A DNA stretch of 64,000 bases from Piromyces finnis finn. Taxonomy: Eukaryota > Fungi > Neocallimastigomycota. The stretch spans positions 186,001 through 250,000 of the forward strand of contig MCFH01000002.1 of NCBI GenBank assembly GCA_002104945.1, in the 5' to 3' direction. The stretch's first letter is position 1, and each line of letters starts with the position of its first letter. The notes beneath the pieces were generated by a model that ran no database searches, was not told the origin of the DNA, and worked only from the letters and a program-made list of their open reading frames with translations. Of this stretch, positions 25,651 to 39,200 are shown piece after piece. A program made the position numbers and the translations under genes.

Positions 25651-26090
25651 GTTACTTTATTTTAATAATTCTATTTTTTTAATAGATAAAGAAATTATAC
25701 CTAACATAAAATTGAATTTAATAAATTTTTATTTTATTTTATTTTTTTATAATCTTTAAATTATATAATTAAATATTATTTTATTTTCTAAATTCTCTTA
25801 AATAGAAAGAGAAAAAAGAAGTAAAAATAAAATAATCAAAAAAAAAAAAAAAAAAAAGTTTCTGAAATAAAATAGATAATTTATTAAAAAAATAAAAACG
25901 TTTTATTAAAGGTGATAAAATTATAGATATAAAAAAAAATATTGATTTAAATTCTTCGTAATTTTAGAATCTAATAGATTTATTCAACCCTCTGTTGTTT
26001 AATATTAATAAATATTATAATTATTTATTCAATTTATATAAAACAATATAAAAATGTAATTTATATAAAAATAGACATAAATATATAACA

Positions 26091-29000
26091 CTATGGATAT
26101 ATTGAAATACAGTTTCCAATTCCTTGTAATCTAATAGATTGTTTAACCCATTGTGTTAACTTATTTTTAATGACAGGGTTTGTTGATAAATGGGCACGTA
26201 AACGAATAATTCTTAATAAATATTCTTTTTCTGGGAACATTTCATATTCTTTTTGAATACTAATTGGTGACATACCATATATAGTAAATAAATGTTTAAT
26301 ACTATTATATTTAGATCCATGTTCTAATAAATCTTTAGATAAACCCATTCCTTGACCATCTGCATGGAAGAATGAATATAAAATCTATTTGAATTAAAAA
26401 GTATAAAAAAAATTAATATTTTATTTTTGTTATTTTTATATGCAAAGTATAAAATATAAATCGACATACCATAAATGCATTATTTATAGCTGCTAATTGT
26501 CTTGGATTTAATATTTTTCTATCTTTTTCTATTGGACCATAGAGTTGAGGTATCATAGTATTTTCAATAATTATTAAAACTTCACACCAAATCTTGGTAA
26601 TTACAATTTTTGCCATCTTTGGAGAAAGACCAAGACATAAAGTTTGTAGATTTCTATTTAAATATCTAGTTAATGGGGCCAATGAAGTTTCACATTCTAA
26701 CATTGATATTGGTTCTAATACATTGTGGCCAGTGTTTGTAACCATTTCTTTTAATTCTTCTTCTGAATAGAATGGCTTATATAAATCGGCGTATTGATCA
26801 TTTCTAGTATTTGGATTTTGATTCTTTTGTTCCGATGGATTATTGCTAGTATTATTATTATCATTATTATTATCACTATTATTGTTATTATTATTTTGAT
26901 TACCACTAATTGGTCCTATTGAATATTGTCTAGCAACATTAAGTAAGTTTTTGCTAAGACTACTACCTACTGTTTTAGATGCTTCTTGATCTTTGATCAT
27001 CTTATATAATACTATTCTCATATATGGTGTCATACGATTAACAATAGCACGGACAAAGTCATCTCTACAGCGCTTTAAATGATGAGTAGCTTGTTTTAAG
27101 TGAAATTCTAAATTTTCAGAATTACCCACCTTAGTTAAACGAATTAATACACGACCTTGAGGTTCTAAATCTACCCAAACATCATGAGTTTGATGATTAT
27201 TATATATAGAGGAGAATTTAATAGTACCAGTACCACAAATTTGATTTTCCATTAAGAAGTTAGAATTTTTATTATAAACTTTAACATCTAAAGAATTTGT
27301 TGGGCAAATACTGACTTGGAATGTTTCATTCCAAATTGGATTTAAATAATCATGTACAACACTTGATTTTGCAACTAAACGTCCTCTATTGAAATCGGCA
27401 CTACTTAATTGTTCAATGTTCTTTTCTTCATCTAAATGACCCTTTGATTTCATAAGATCATCGATGGTCATATTCTCATCATTTGCTTTTTCAATATCAT
27501 TTTCCATTATATTTCCTTCACCATTTTCCATGGTGTTTAAATTGGCTGGGATACGAATAACAGTATATGGGTTACTAAAACCATCATTATTACATGGTGT
27601 AAGATTTTCACCACATAAAATTTGCATTAAGTAAATTCCTGAAAATACTGAACTACTTACTTCTTCTAATGATTCTTCATCAGTGATATAATTTTCAGTA
27701 ATTAATTCATTTATTTCTCCATAAATATCAGCCAATTTTAATTGGGCAACTTCGATATTACAGAGTTTTGTACATGATTCATTAGATACTATATAAACTT
27801 GGTTATCTGATTTACTTTCTTTTGAAGTCGATTTAATTTCACCTTCCTTAATTAATTCACAATATTGATCAATTGCTTTATTAATAGTTTTAGAGAAAGT
27901 TAAAAGGAAACCTTGGTATTGAATATAATTATTCCATTTTAAGTTTTTGATAAAGTTTAATTCATTATAAATCATATCGAAGAGCTTAACAATTGATGAA
28001 GAATGTGGAATATTATAAATAGTGTTATTTTGATAATCATCTTCAGCAATAGCCTTTTTTACCCATTCTGAAGTTTTTTTATCTAAATCTTCTAACCATC
28101 TTTGAATAAATGGATAAAAATAGGCCTCAATAATAGATTCATTTCCATTACTGTCTGCTGTTTTATTTATAAATATATTTTTTATAGATGGTATATTTTT
28201 TTTGTAATAACTTTCCAAGTGAAGAATTTCATTAAAAAGACTAAAAGCAACATCACTGTATTGTAAAGCTTCCTCAGCTATTATTAATATTAAAACAATA
28301 TTATCAAATAATATTATATGTAGAGATTTTATATATTAATAACTTTTTTTTTTTTTTTTAAATATAAATATATAAATATATATTATTTACCTTGAAGATA
28401 TTTTTTTATGTTACTAAATTCATTTAAAAATTTTTCAATATAAACTTGACCGGTTAATTTGGTTATGTTTGTTTCTCTTGAAAAGGCTTTTTTATAATAT
28501 TTTTCACTATCTTCTAAATCATTAATAATCAAATTAATTAAATTAATAACACTAGTTAATTCACATTCAGCAGATTCTTGGAATGGTGTACTTTTTGATT
28601 TTAATAAATCATATCTTTTATAAGCTGAATATTTTAATTCAGAGCAAATCTCCTCTCTGAAAGTTTTAGGTAAATTATTCTTTGACTGTCTGAAAATTTT
28701 GTTTTTGCTAACCATACGCCATAAAAGAATTGCAATTTGAAGTGCACCTTTCGGTTCGTTATTATGGAAAAAGTCGTGATAATGACATACTTGGATCTTT
28801 TGGTATGAATGCATGTCATCCAATAAATCAATAAAATGAGGTTGTTCGTAAGCTGGAAGCCATTGAGGTTCCTTAAGTTTATTATAGATAATATCATACA
28901 TAGTCAATAAGTTTGAAATTGTTACTATATTTCCACGGTATAGGTTATATATGACTTCCAATCTTAATAAAGTATTTTCAGCATCACCAATAACCCATAA

Positions 29001-30827
29001 CTTTTGGAATACATTTAATACAGTTTCTCCATCCTCTGAAAGATGTACTGAAGAAAGTACATTTGTATCTTCATCCTGTTCTTTTTCAGTTTGATATTTT
29101 TTACTAAGATTTTTTTGTTTTACTTTTTCTAAGTAATCTTTTTCATAAACATAACAAACCTTTAAAAGATAGTAATAAAGACGTTTATATGATAATTTAC
29201 ATTTAAAGAACTGAAGTTGAACTTGTTCGTATTCATAGGCAAAACCTTGTGATTCTGATAAAACATTATCTGCTTCTTCATTCTTTTCTTCTTCAATCAT
29301 TTCAATTTCAATTTTAATTTTACCTCCAACCCACTTTTTCTTCTTATCTTGACTTTGACCTAAGTCGTACCATTTACTAATATAACCAACATTTATTAAT
29401 GTTGAGATAACTGATCCAAGGTTAATATTTACAGTACCCAAAAATGTAGCGTCACTACTATTTGGATTACTAGTGCTTCTCCAGAATGACTTGGAACTTT
29501 TTTTAGAATCGTAAAGATTAATTATAACATTTTTAGAAATATCAGTAATTTCAAGAGATATGTGTTGATTAAAAAGTGGTGAATTGGAATTTGGCACAAT
29601 TAATGTTTGATAGGTTTCATTATCATATGCAAGTTCACAGAACGTATTCCTAGTAGTTTTTTCTTTACAAACCAAATCCTTAGCTTCCATAATTTTAAAA
29701 TTTACTTTAATAGATGTACCATCATTTATTAAACTTTGCTTATTTTCTTTAGCTTGTTGAATTTTTCTTTTTTCATTTTCCCATTCAAGAGAAAAACGAT
29801 AGTTTAGAAATAGTGATAAAATATATTCAATTGATCTATTTTTACCTCCTTCTTCCCACTTATATATTCCATCAGAGGAAGTAAAATCAATTTTTTCAAA
29901 ATAATTTTGTTTACAATTTTCTAAATATTTTGATAATGATTGTCTGTAATTGTAAGAAATAGTCTATTCATTATCATCATCATTATTATTATTATAAAAA
30001 TATGTATATATTATTATTTATTTATTTATATAAAAAAATTTTTATTATATAAATAATATATCATTTTTCTAATAGAACGGATAAAAAAATATAATATATA
30101 TTAGATTAAATAGTATATATACCTGTTCATTAATGTCCAATTCCATACTATTATTGGCATTATTCATTGCATTATAAGCATTATTAAATGAATTATAGTT
30201 ACTGTTAACCGGAGCAACAGGAACATTGATATTATCCATGTTATTTAAATGTGATACTGTAGAATTAGAAGTTGGTGAAGCCGGGGAATCTAATCTTAAA
30301 TTTTTCATACTTGGTGTAAGATATGGTGATACTGGGTTATTTTTAGAGTAAGAAGAATGTGCCCCTTTTGAATTGGAACTTTGTATGGTATCATATTCAC
30401 TTAAGTGACTATTACTTTGAGTTTTTGATTTATTTGACATTACTTCTGAGATTGATTCAGTATTTGATTTTAATGAATTTCTTCTCTTTTTTTTATTTCT
30501 CGATAAAGAAAAATGATGTATTGAGTCCGATAATAATTCAACAGGTTTCATTAAAGGTGAATTTGATATCGAAAAAGTTTTTAATTGTGATATATTACTA
30601 CTAGGTTTATTTACAAATTCAATTTCGTTCTTCTCCTCTAATTATTATAATAATAAAGTAATATATTTATTTTTATATATTTTTAGAACAAATAATTATT
30701 AATAGATTTAACATTTTTTTAATACAATGAATTGGCTAATTTTAATACTTTCTTAAAAATGCATCTTATATACTTTTTAAGTTTTCTTACCTTTTGATCT
30801 GTTATTCTTTCCTAAAAAAGTTTGCAT
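26091..30827 (-). CDS. Munc13-homology/C2-domain protein (C2 - helical region/MHD1 - C2 - MHD2; Git1/BAIAP3-like architecture)
   Basis: First C2: VNFKIMEAKDL...YQTLIVPNSNSPLFNQ...WYDL. MHD1-like: YFYPFIQRWLEDLDKKTSEWVKKAIAEDDY...HSSSIVKLFDMI. Second C2: GENLTPCNNDGFSNPY...LNPIWNETF. MHD2-like: LTRYLNRNLQTL...LYSFFHADGQG. All exons join in frame from ATG 30825-30827. Confidence 0.85.
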
Positions 30828-33220
30828 TTTTCTTTTTCTTTTGTCCTTTTCTAATTATAATTAAAAAATTATATTAATTTTATTTATATTATTTTATTTT
30901 ATTTTTATTTTTAAAAACATAAAAATTGTTTAAATCGTATTTTTTTAATATAAAAAATATTAAAATATAATATTTAATATTGTTAAATTGTTTAATTTTT
31001 ACAAATTTTAAAAAACTAACTTTATTATATATTTGCTTTAACAAAATAAAGCAATAATTAATAATAATAAAAAAGGTTATATAATAATAAAGTTAATATT
31101 TTTTTTTGTCTTTTAAAAGGAAAATTATTTTATTGATAAAAACAATTAATTGAACTAAATATTATTAAATACTTAGAATTATACCATTTTAAATTATTAT
31201 AAAATAAATGATTAAAAATCTTACCTATATATTTTAAATGGTTTAACTATTTTTTTTAAAAAAAAAATAAATTATTACTTAAATAAATAAGTTAGATTTC
31301 TTAAATTATTTTATTCTACTCTAAATTAAAGTATGAATTCTTAATATACTTAATATAATAATGTAAAAGAGTTATTGTTTTTATCTCTTTTTTTTTTTCT
31401 TGTTTTATTATTATTATTATATTTAAAGCTTTTTATAATTATTATTTTATTTAAATATTTTTTTTATTTAGTTTGTTTTTATTTGTTTTTTTTTTCTTTG
31501 TTGGTTTTTTATTTTTATAAATATTGATTTTAGCCTCAATTATATTTTTTAGCTAATTATTGTTTTAATATATGTTATAGTTTGTAATTAATTTACATAG
31601 TTATAAAATATATGTTAATTGTCTTTAAGATTGAATTTCTTTATCTCTTTATTTCTTTTTTTGTTATCTGATTATGTCGTTTACTATTTTCTTGTTTTAT
31701 AAAACTTTCTTTTGAATAATAAAAATAATAATGAAATATAGATTATTATAAAGAAATCCTGGTCTTTATATATTAAATATATTTTAAATAATGTCAAAAA
31801 TCATTTAATCTACATTTAATTATTATTTTTATTATTTCTACAAATTAATGATATAAATAAATAAAAAAAAAGAAAGAAAGAATATAAAAAGAAAAAGAGT
31901 AAAATTTATGAATCCTTTTCTTTTATTTTTAAATTTTTTTTTTTTCTATTTATTCAAATCAATAGATTTTTTTTTTTTTTTTTTTAAACTTATTTATTAT
32001 AAAATTTTATAACAAAAAAAAAAACATTATATATAAAATATTTTAATATATCCTACCAATATATTAAAATAAATAAAACTATTATTTAAAATTTTTTGTA
32101 TTACTAATTTTAATATTAATAAAATATTAGTAAATTATAATTCAGTACTGTTGGAAAAAAAAAATATATATATATATATACTTTATTATAATACTGTTGT
32201 TATTAATTATTATTACATAATAATGCTTTAATATTTAATTCTAAATAATAATTAAATGAATATTTATGAAGGTGTTTTTTCTTTAAGGAAAATATTTATT
32301 AAACAAATCAAATCTTTGTATAAATCATTAAATATTTATATATTTACAATAATAAAAAAGAATGTTTTTTTTTATAAAGATGGTGGCATTATTAACATTT
32401 CTATAAGATGACAAACTTCATTTAGAGTTCATTCGTTCATTCATTCACTTAATATATTTGTCATAATATTTATGTTTATGTAATAAAACTAAATTGGAAT
32501 AGAATGATTTCATTGGATAATAATATTATTTTATATTATTTTCTATTTACTTAATATATGAATATAACAGCTTAAAATTTATTTAAAGTATTTGTTTATA
32601 TTGTTTTTTTATTATTAATATATCATATTATATTACATTAAAGGAAAAAAAATAAATTAAAATAAAATGAAAATAATTTTTAAATGCAAATTAAATATTT
32701 AATTACTATCCATATATTAAATTATATTGTTTAATACTATAATATATTATGTCAAATTATTATTATATGAATATTTAAAAATTAAAAAAAATGATTTAAA
32801 CTTTTTCAAACCAAAAAAAGTAAAGATTAATAAATATATTATGATTAATCGTTATTATTGTTAATATAAACAACAATAAATTAAATTTAAAAAATATATT
32901 AATACTATAAATAGATATTTATTTTATTAAATAAAAAAGATACCAAAGTTAGGCTTAACAAAAAAGTGGAAAAATAACACTATTTTACAAATAGAATAAA
33001 TTAACTATAGTGGCTACTGTATCACATGACCATTTTATCATTTTGGTTTTATTTTACTAAATAAGTTTTAAAAACTTATGGTTGTTTATCAAAAATTGTT
33101 ACACAAAATCTATTGGTCACAAATTCTATAAAAAAATTAAAAAGAAATTTAGACATAAAAGAAATAAACTTGAGATCTATTACTATTTTTCTATATCTTT
33201 ATTTTATTATTATTATTATT

Positions 33221-33574
33221 AGTAATAGTAATAGTAATAGTAATAGTAATAGTAATAGTAATAGTAATAGTAATAGTAATAGTAATAGTAATAGTAATAG
33301 TAATAGTAATAGTAATAGTAATAGTAATAGTAATAGTAATAGTAATAGTAATAGTAATAGTAATAGTAATAGTAATAGTAATAGTAATAGTAATAGTAAT
33401 AGTAATAGTAATAGTAATAGTAATAGTAATAGTAATAGTAATAGTAATAGTAATAGTAATAGTAATAGTAATAGTAATAGTAATAGTAATAGTAATAGTA
33501 ATAGTAATAGTAATAGTAATAGTAATAGTAATAGTAATAGTAATAGTAATAGTAATAGTAATAGTAATAGTAAT
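33221..33574. repeat. Perfect hexanucleotide microsatellite (AGTAAT)59
   Basis: 354 bp of uninterrupted AGTAAT, flanked by (TAT)n on the left and degenerate copies on the right. Confidence 0.98.
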
Positions 33575-36299
33575 TAGTAATAGTAATAATAGTAGTATTA
33601 TACTTATTATGTATTATTAACAAAGGTTTTAATTATAATATTTAAATATTTTAAATTAGTATCAATGATAATTGAATATAAAGATATAAAAAATAACATT
33701 AATTATATTTAATTATCAATAATACATAAAATACAAAATTACGAAATATTGTTTTCAATAGTATAATTATTTACTTTTATTAATTTATATATATTGAATT
33801 ACTATTTTTCAAGAAATTTATACATGACATGAATATGACAGTTTTATTGTTTCTAAATTTAATTTTATATATTAAACAGTGAATAGGCTATTTTTTAAAC
33901 TATTACAGATCCTTAATCGCCTTGTAAAGATAAGACCTTATAGATTGGAAATATATATGTACTATATTAAATAAAATTTTCCATTCTATATAGATATTTG
34001 AAGATTTATATATAATGAAATCAATAAAGATAATTTGATATTAATAATAATACATTCTTAACCTCAAGGAATTAAATAGTTTGTATTAACTAAATAAATA
34101 ATTTAATTATGGATAATACATCAAATTTCAACATTTTATTTGTAAAATATAAATTAAATTATATTTCCTTTCATTCTTTTTTTTTTTTTTTTTTTTTTAT
34201 TCTATTAATATACCAATATTATCTATATTGTTAAAAATATAATTCCTTTTTAATAATTATTTAATTTATTATTTTCTCCTTGTTTTTTTTTATAATCTTG
34301 GTATAATAATAATAATATCTATATTTTAGTATGATTGGTTTACCATCAATAATTACACAAAAAAAAAAAAGATGAATATAAAAATAGTATAAGGCAATAA
34401 AATAATAGACATGTAGAATTTTGATGATATTAAAAATTAAAGGTGATAGAGTTTTATTTTAAAGACGATTTACATTGTATTGCATTATTAACTCCTTTAA
34501 CATAGTAAAATAAAAATTTTGAATTATTGTGGATAACATAAAGGAATGTAGAAAAATCTTTTATTTAAAGATAGAGAAATAAAAGATTTATATTTTTAGT
34601 TTTTTATTATTGTAAATGTAACGATATTTAATTATATTTGCTATAATAATGTCTATAAAACCATAAAATGATTAAAATTTCTATCACATGATTTTTTAAA
34701 TAATATAATAAAGTATATTTATATTAAAATATTTTTTTTTTATTAGTTTTTATTAATTTATATTTAAGAAACTTTAAATTAATTTTTTTTTTCTTTTTTA
34801 TTCATTACAATATTATTAATATATTAATTACTAATTAATATTAAAAATGAAAAGATATAAAAAATAATAGTTTAAAAAATAATAATAAATAAACTTTGAA
34901 TATCTAATACATATTTTATTTATAAATAAATAAATAAGTAAATAAATAAAAGTAAAACTAATTGAAACTAAAACATAAAACAAAACATTTTGCTTAAAAA
35001 TTTTTTTATATTACTCTAATTATTGCTAATAAAATTTTTAATTTTTTTAATTGAAAGATTGAACCAATTCACATGAAATATGAAATGAAAAAGAAACAAA
35101 ACAAAAATCATTAAAGATATTTATATTATATATTAAAATATCAAAAGATCTATAATTTTGCTACAAGTAAAAAAGCTGATAAAATTATTGTTAATTGTAA
35201 TTATTAATTATATGAACAATAATTTTAGAAAAAAGAGCAATCATTATACCTTAATTTGTTTATAATATATTATAATAATTAAAATAAATTATAATTGCAT
35301 AATCGCATGAACATTTAGTAAAACAACACGAAGTACATATACGAATATAAATCTTTAATAATAAAGCCAAGTTTTATAAAAAGAAAATAAATATTTCAAA
35401 TTTCATAAAAATCCAAGTTTCATAAAATCACTTTCTAATTTAATATTAAATTTGTTATAATAGTAATTCATATTTATTTAAGGAAATAGTAAAAAAAATT
35501 AAAGAAAAGAAAAGAAAAATGGAAAAATCAATTATCATTTTTTAATAAATTTATTAAAAATAAATTTTTATACTTTGGTACTTAGTAAATATTATTAATA
35601 TCTTGCATTCCTTTTATTTATTTATTTATTTTATATCATTTGAAAGGAAAAGGTATTATTATCAACAAATAGTACTAACATTTATTTTTTAGATTTCATA
35701 TTTTCTTATTATATCCAATGAAGGGAAAACAAAGTAAAAATATTTTAATTTTTATATAAAAAATATTCATATAATAATTAACAACAAAACAATTAAATAT
35801 TGTGAAAAAAATACCGAACATTGTACATATTAAGAAAGATATAATCAATTTCATAGTCAATTCAATATTATAGTTATTTTATTTTTATTTTTTATCAATT
35901 ATCAATTTTAGAGCACATTTTATAATAACAAAACTAGTACAATCCAATTCATATTTTTAAATTTAATAATTACTAATATTTCTTTTTTCACAATCAAAAT
36001 ATAAATTCAATTTAAATTTATACTCAACATATTTTAATTTTTGCTTTTGTATTCATTATAGAAAAATATTATATTTTAGTAAAAAAAAATATTTGTTTTA
36101 TAAAAAGTAAATAATCAACAATTATTCAATGTTTAATAATTAAAATAACAAATATAATAATTATAAAAGTAAATTTAAAAAATCAACGCCTTTTTTTTTT
36201 GGATTTAAAATTAAATATATACTTTATAAAATTAAATAAAATAAATATATACATAAAGTTAATTATAAATGTTTGTATTAGTTAAATATATGTATCATT

Positions 36300-39200
36300 A
36301 TGAGACTAAAAATTAAAATTAATGATGGTAATACAATAGTTCCATCAAACAATTCTTCAGATGTAAAGATAACACCTCAGGATTTATTATTCAATGTAAA
36401 CATAAAAATCCCTGATTATATGCAAAAAGATTTTTTGGCGTCTATTTTTTATAATAGTAATAACTTAGATAAAAAAAATTATGCATTTCAAAAATTAATT
36501 GTTGAAAATGATTCTGCATTTTGGAGGTCTTCAGTTGTAAACGAATGTGAATTTGATTTGTCCGAAAAAAAATTAAAATGTCAATTTATTGATAGTACTG
36601 AAATGGAATGGGAAATGCCAAAATTTTGTGAAATTAAATTAAACACTATAATTACAAAATTGAAAAGAGGGAAAAGAAAAATAAATTTGGAAAAGAAAAA
36701 ACTGATAGAAAAAGAGGAAGAAAAAAAAAATAGTATAAAAGAATCACAGCAAAATATATTGGAAATACAAAAATCAAAAAAGGTATTTAGTAATTTAGCA
36801 TTATCATTTTTCCCATTTGCAAATTCAAATAATAATCATAATAAGCTAAACAAAGAAAATGATAATAATTCTAACCAGAAAAATACTATAAATGATAATG
36901 ATAATATTGTTAAAAATAATATTAAAGAAATGATTCTACGAAAAATGTATGAATATTTAAAATCAAAATTAAAATCAGAATTAATTGATATATATACGCA
37001 TTTTATTCAACATGATCATTTAGATTATGTTTTACCTCAGAATTATTATATATGGCTTACAAATAGTTACCTTCATCGCTATGAACAACATATATTAGAA
37101 ACTGAAAGTACAATGAAAGTTCAAATTTATGGTATGGAAGTATTAAATGGTGCATTAAAAAAAATGCGTCAGCAATTTATTACCAGATTTATAGAAATAA
37201 ATCATGATAAAGAATTATATGAAAGCTTAGAAGTTCGCCTTCAAGATATTAATTCATTGATTATTGATAAAAAAACAAAAACAATTAATCATGATACCTC
37301 TAGAAAATTAGGTATTTTAAAATTTTTTAAACGAAGTGGTCAGAAACATAAAGAAGAAAGTAAGGAAATACGAGAGGTTAAACGTCTTAAAACTGAAATG
37401 AAACAAATTCAATTTATGATGTCTTCTTTAAAACTTGCAACAGATCCATCTAAACACATTATTGAATCTAAAGCTATAATCCGTGATCAATCAATATTAC
37501 CAATACTTGATGATAGTAACGCTTCTTTTGATAAAATTACTGTTCAGACTGATTCAACTGTTATTATTGAAAATGAAGCCCATTTTGATAATATAAAAGA
37601 CGAGAAATTAGAAAATATACAATCAAAAAGGCAAAGAGCATTAAAATATAAAGATATTGATGAACTTTGTTATAAGCTTATGATGAATGATTTTAATCTA
37701 GATGAAGAAGCAATATTGAAATATTCTGCTATGAAAGAGCAATTTAATGAAAATAGTAATATAGATTTATTTACATCTTATGAAGAAACCACTTTATTAG
37801 GTGAACAATGTAGCAATGTTGATACTGATATATTAAATACAAATTCAATGAATGATAAAAAGAAAAAATATTTAGATTATCGTAAAATGATTTCAAATAT
37901 CCCTCAACCAAAATTTATTTTATTACATTTTTTATACCCCCCATTTTTAGATAATATGAAAAAAGGAATATTAAATGATATTAATGAACTAAAAGATGAA
38001 CTTTTAGATCTTCTTTCTCGTCAATTTTCAGATCCATCAAAAGTTTTTGGTACCACTGAGGAAACTACTTTCGAAATTATGAAAATGATAGAACAAAATG
38101 GTTTCATAGATTATCTATTTAAACAAATACGTTCTTCTCAAATTACTGAAATACCTCCATCAAACGACACAGTTATGGTTGATGCTGATGAAACTATTAA
38201 TCCATCTAAGCAGCCTACACTAGAAGTCACTAAGGATAATATCTCATTAACTCCATCTTTAGAATTGCCAATGCAAGCACCGCTTATTTCTTCAATAAAT
38301 GACCAACTAATGATGTCAGAAAAATTGTTACCTGCAAAGCCAACACTGTTATCAACTGTTTCATCATTTATCATCAATGCAGAAACAACGGCAGAAGAGA
38401 CATTAACACAAATAAGTAATAATCATCACAATTCAACTCTTACAAACAATGTTGTTGTTCATAACAGTACTAAAATCAATACAGTAGAAACTCTTAAACC
38501 ATATGATAATGGTTTCAATAAGTCAAATGAAGTAGTTTCTAATCAAGATCCGTTATCAAATAATAATTCTGTTAACTCAAATATATCAGAATTAAATGAA
38601 AATTTTAATGAAAAAAATAGTAAAAAGAATATCATGGAAGAAGATGTAAACTATTCTAATTCAACAACAATAAAAAGTAATAATGATCTAACTAGTAAAA
38701 AAGATGAAAATACGAATTCTATAGTTGATTCTAATGAAAAGAATTATGACCAAATTTATAATGATTTAGATTCAGGGATTAAGATGGTAATTGATGATAT
38801 CTTAAATTCATTAAAGCAGAAATATAAAATATATAATGAAACTTATGCTACTATCGTTACTGTCCAAAAAAAGAATAAAGAATTATTAAAAGAAATCAAT
38901 CAATCTACTACCCTTAATTCAATGGATAATAAAGAAAAAATATTAAATAAACTTCTTACACCAATTTCAAGTTCTAACGTTCATAAAACTTCTTTATCGC
39001 CAACCTCAACTGTTAGTCTTGGTTCAAAATCCGACGTATCTAATCTACCATCACCAACTCAAATAATGGAGAAAGAAAATATGGAAGAATTAGACAAAAA
39101 TAAAAAGCAGGAAAGTACTCTTTCTCGTTTAATCACAACGTCGTCTACGCTTTTAAATTCTCCACAAAATTCTGCCTCTGATTCTTTTGAAATACTCTCC

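Noticed and set aside
33113-33623. Poly-SN (154 aa) and poly-Tyr (134 aa) ORFs
   Set aside because: Both are translations of the (AGTAAT)n microsatellite, with non-coding-like flanks.
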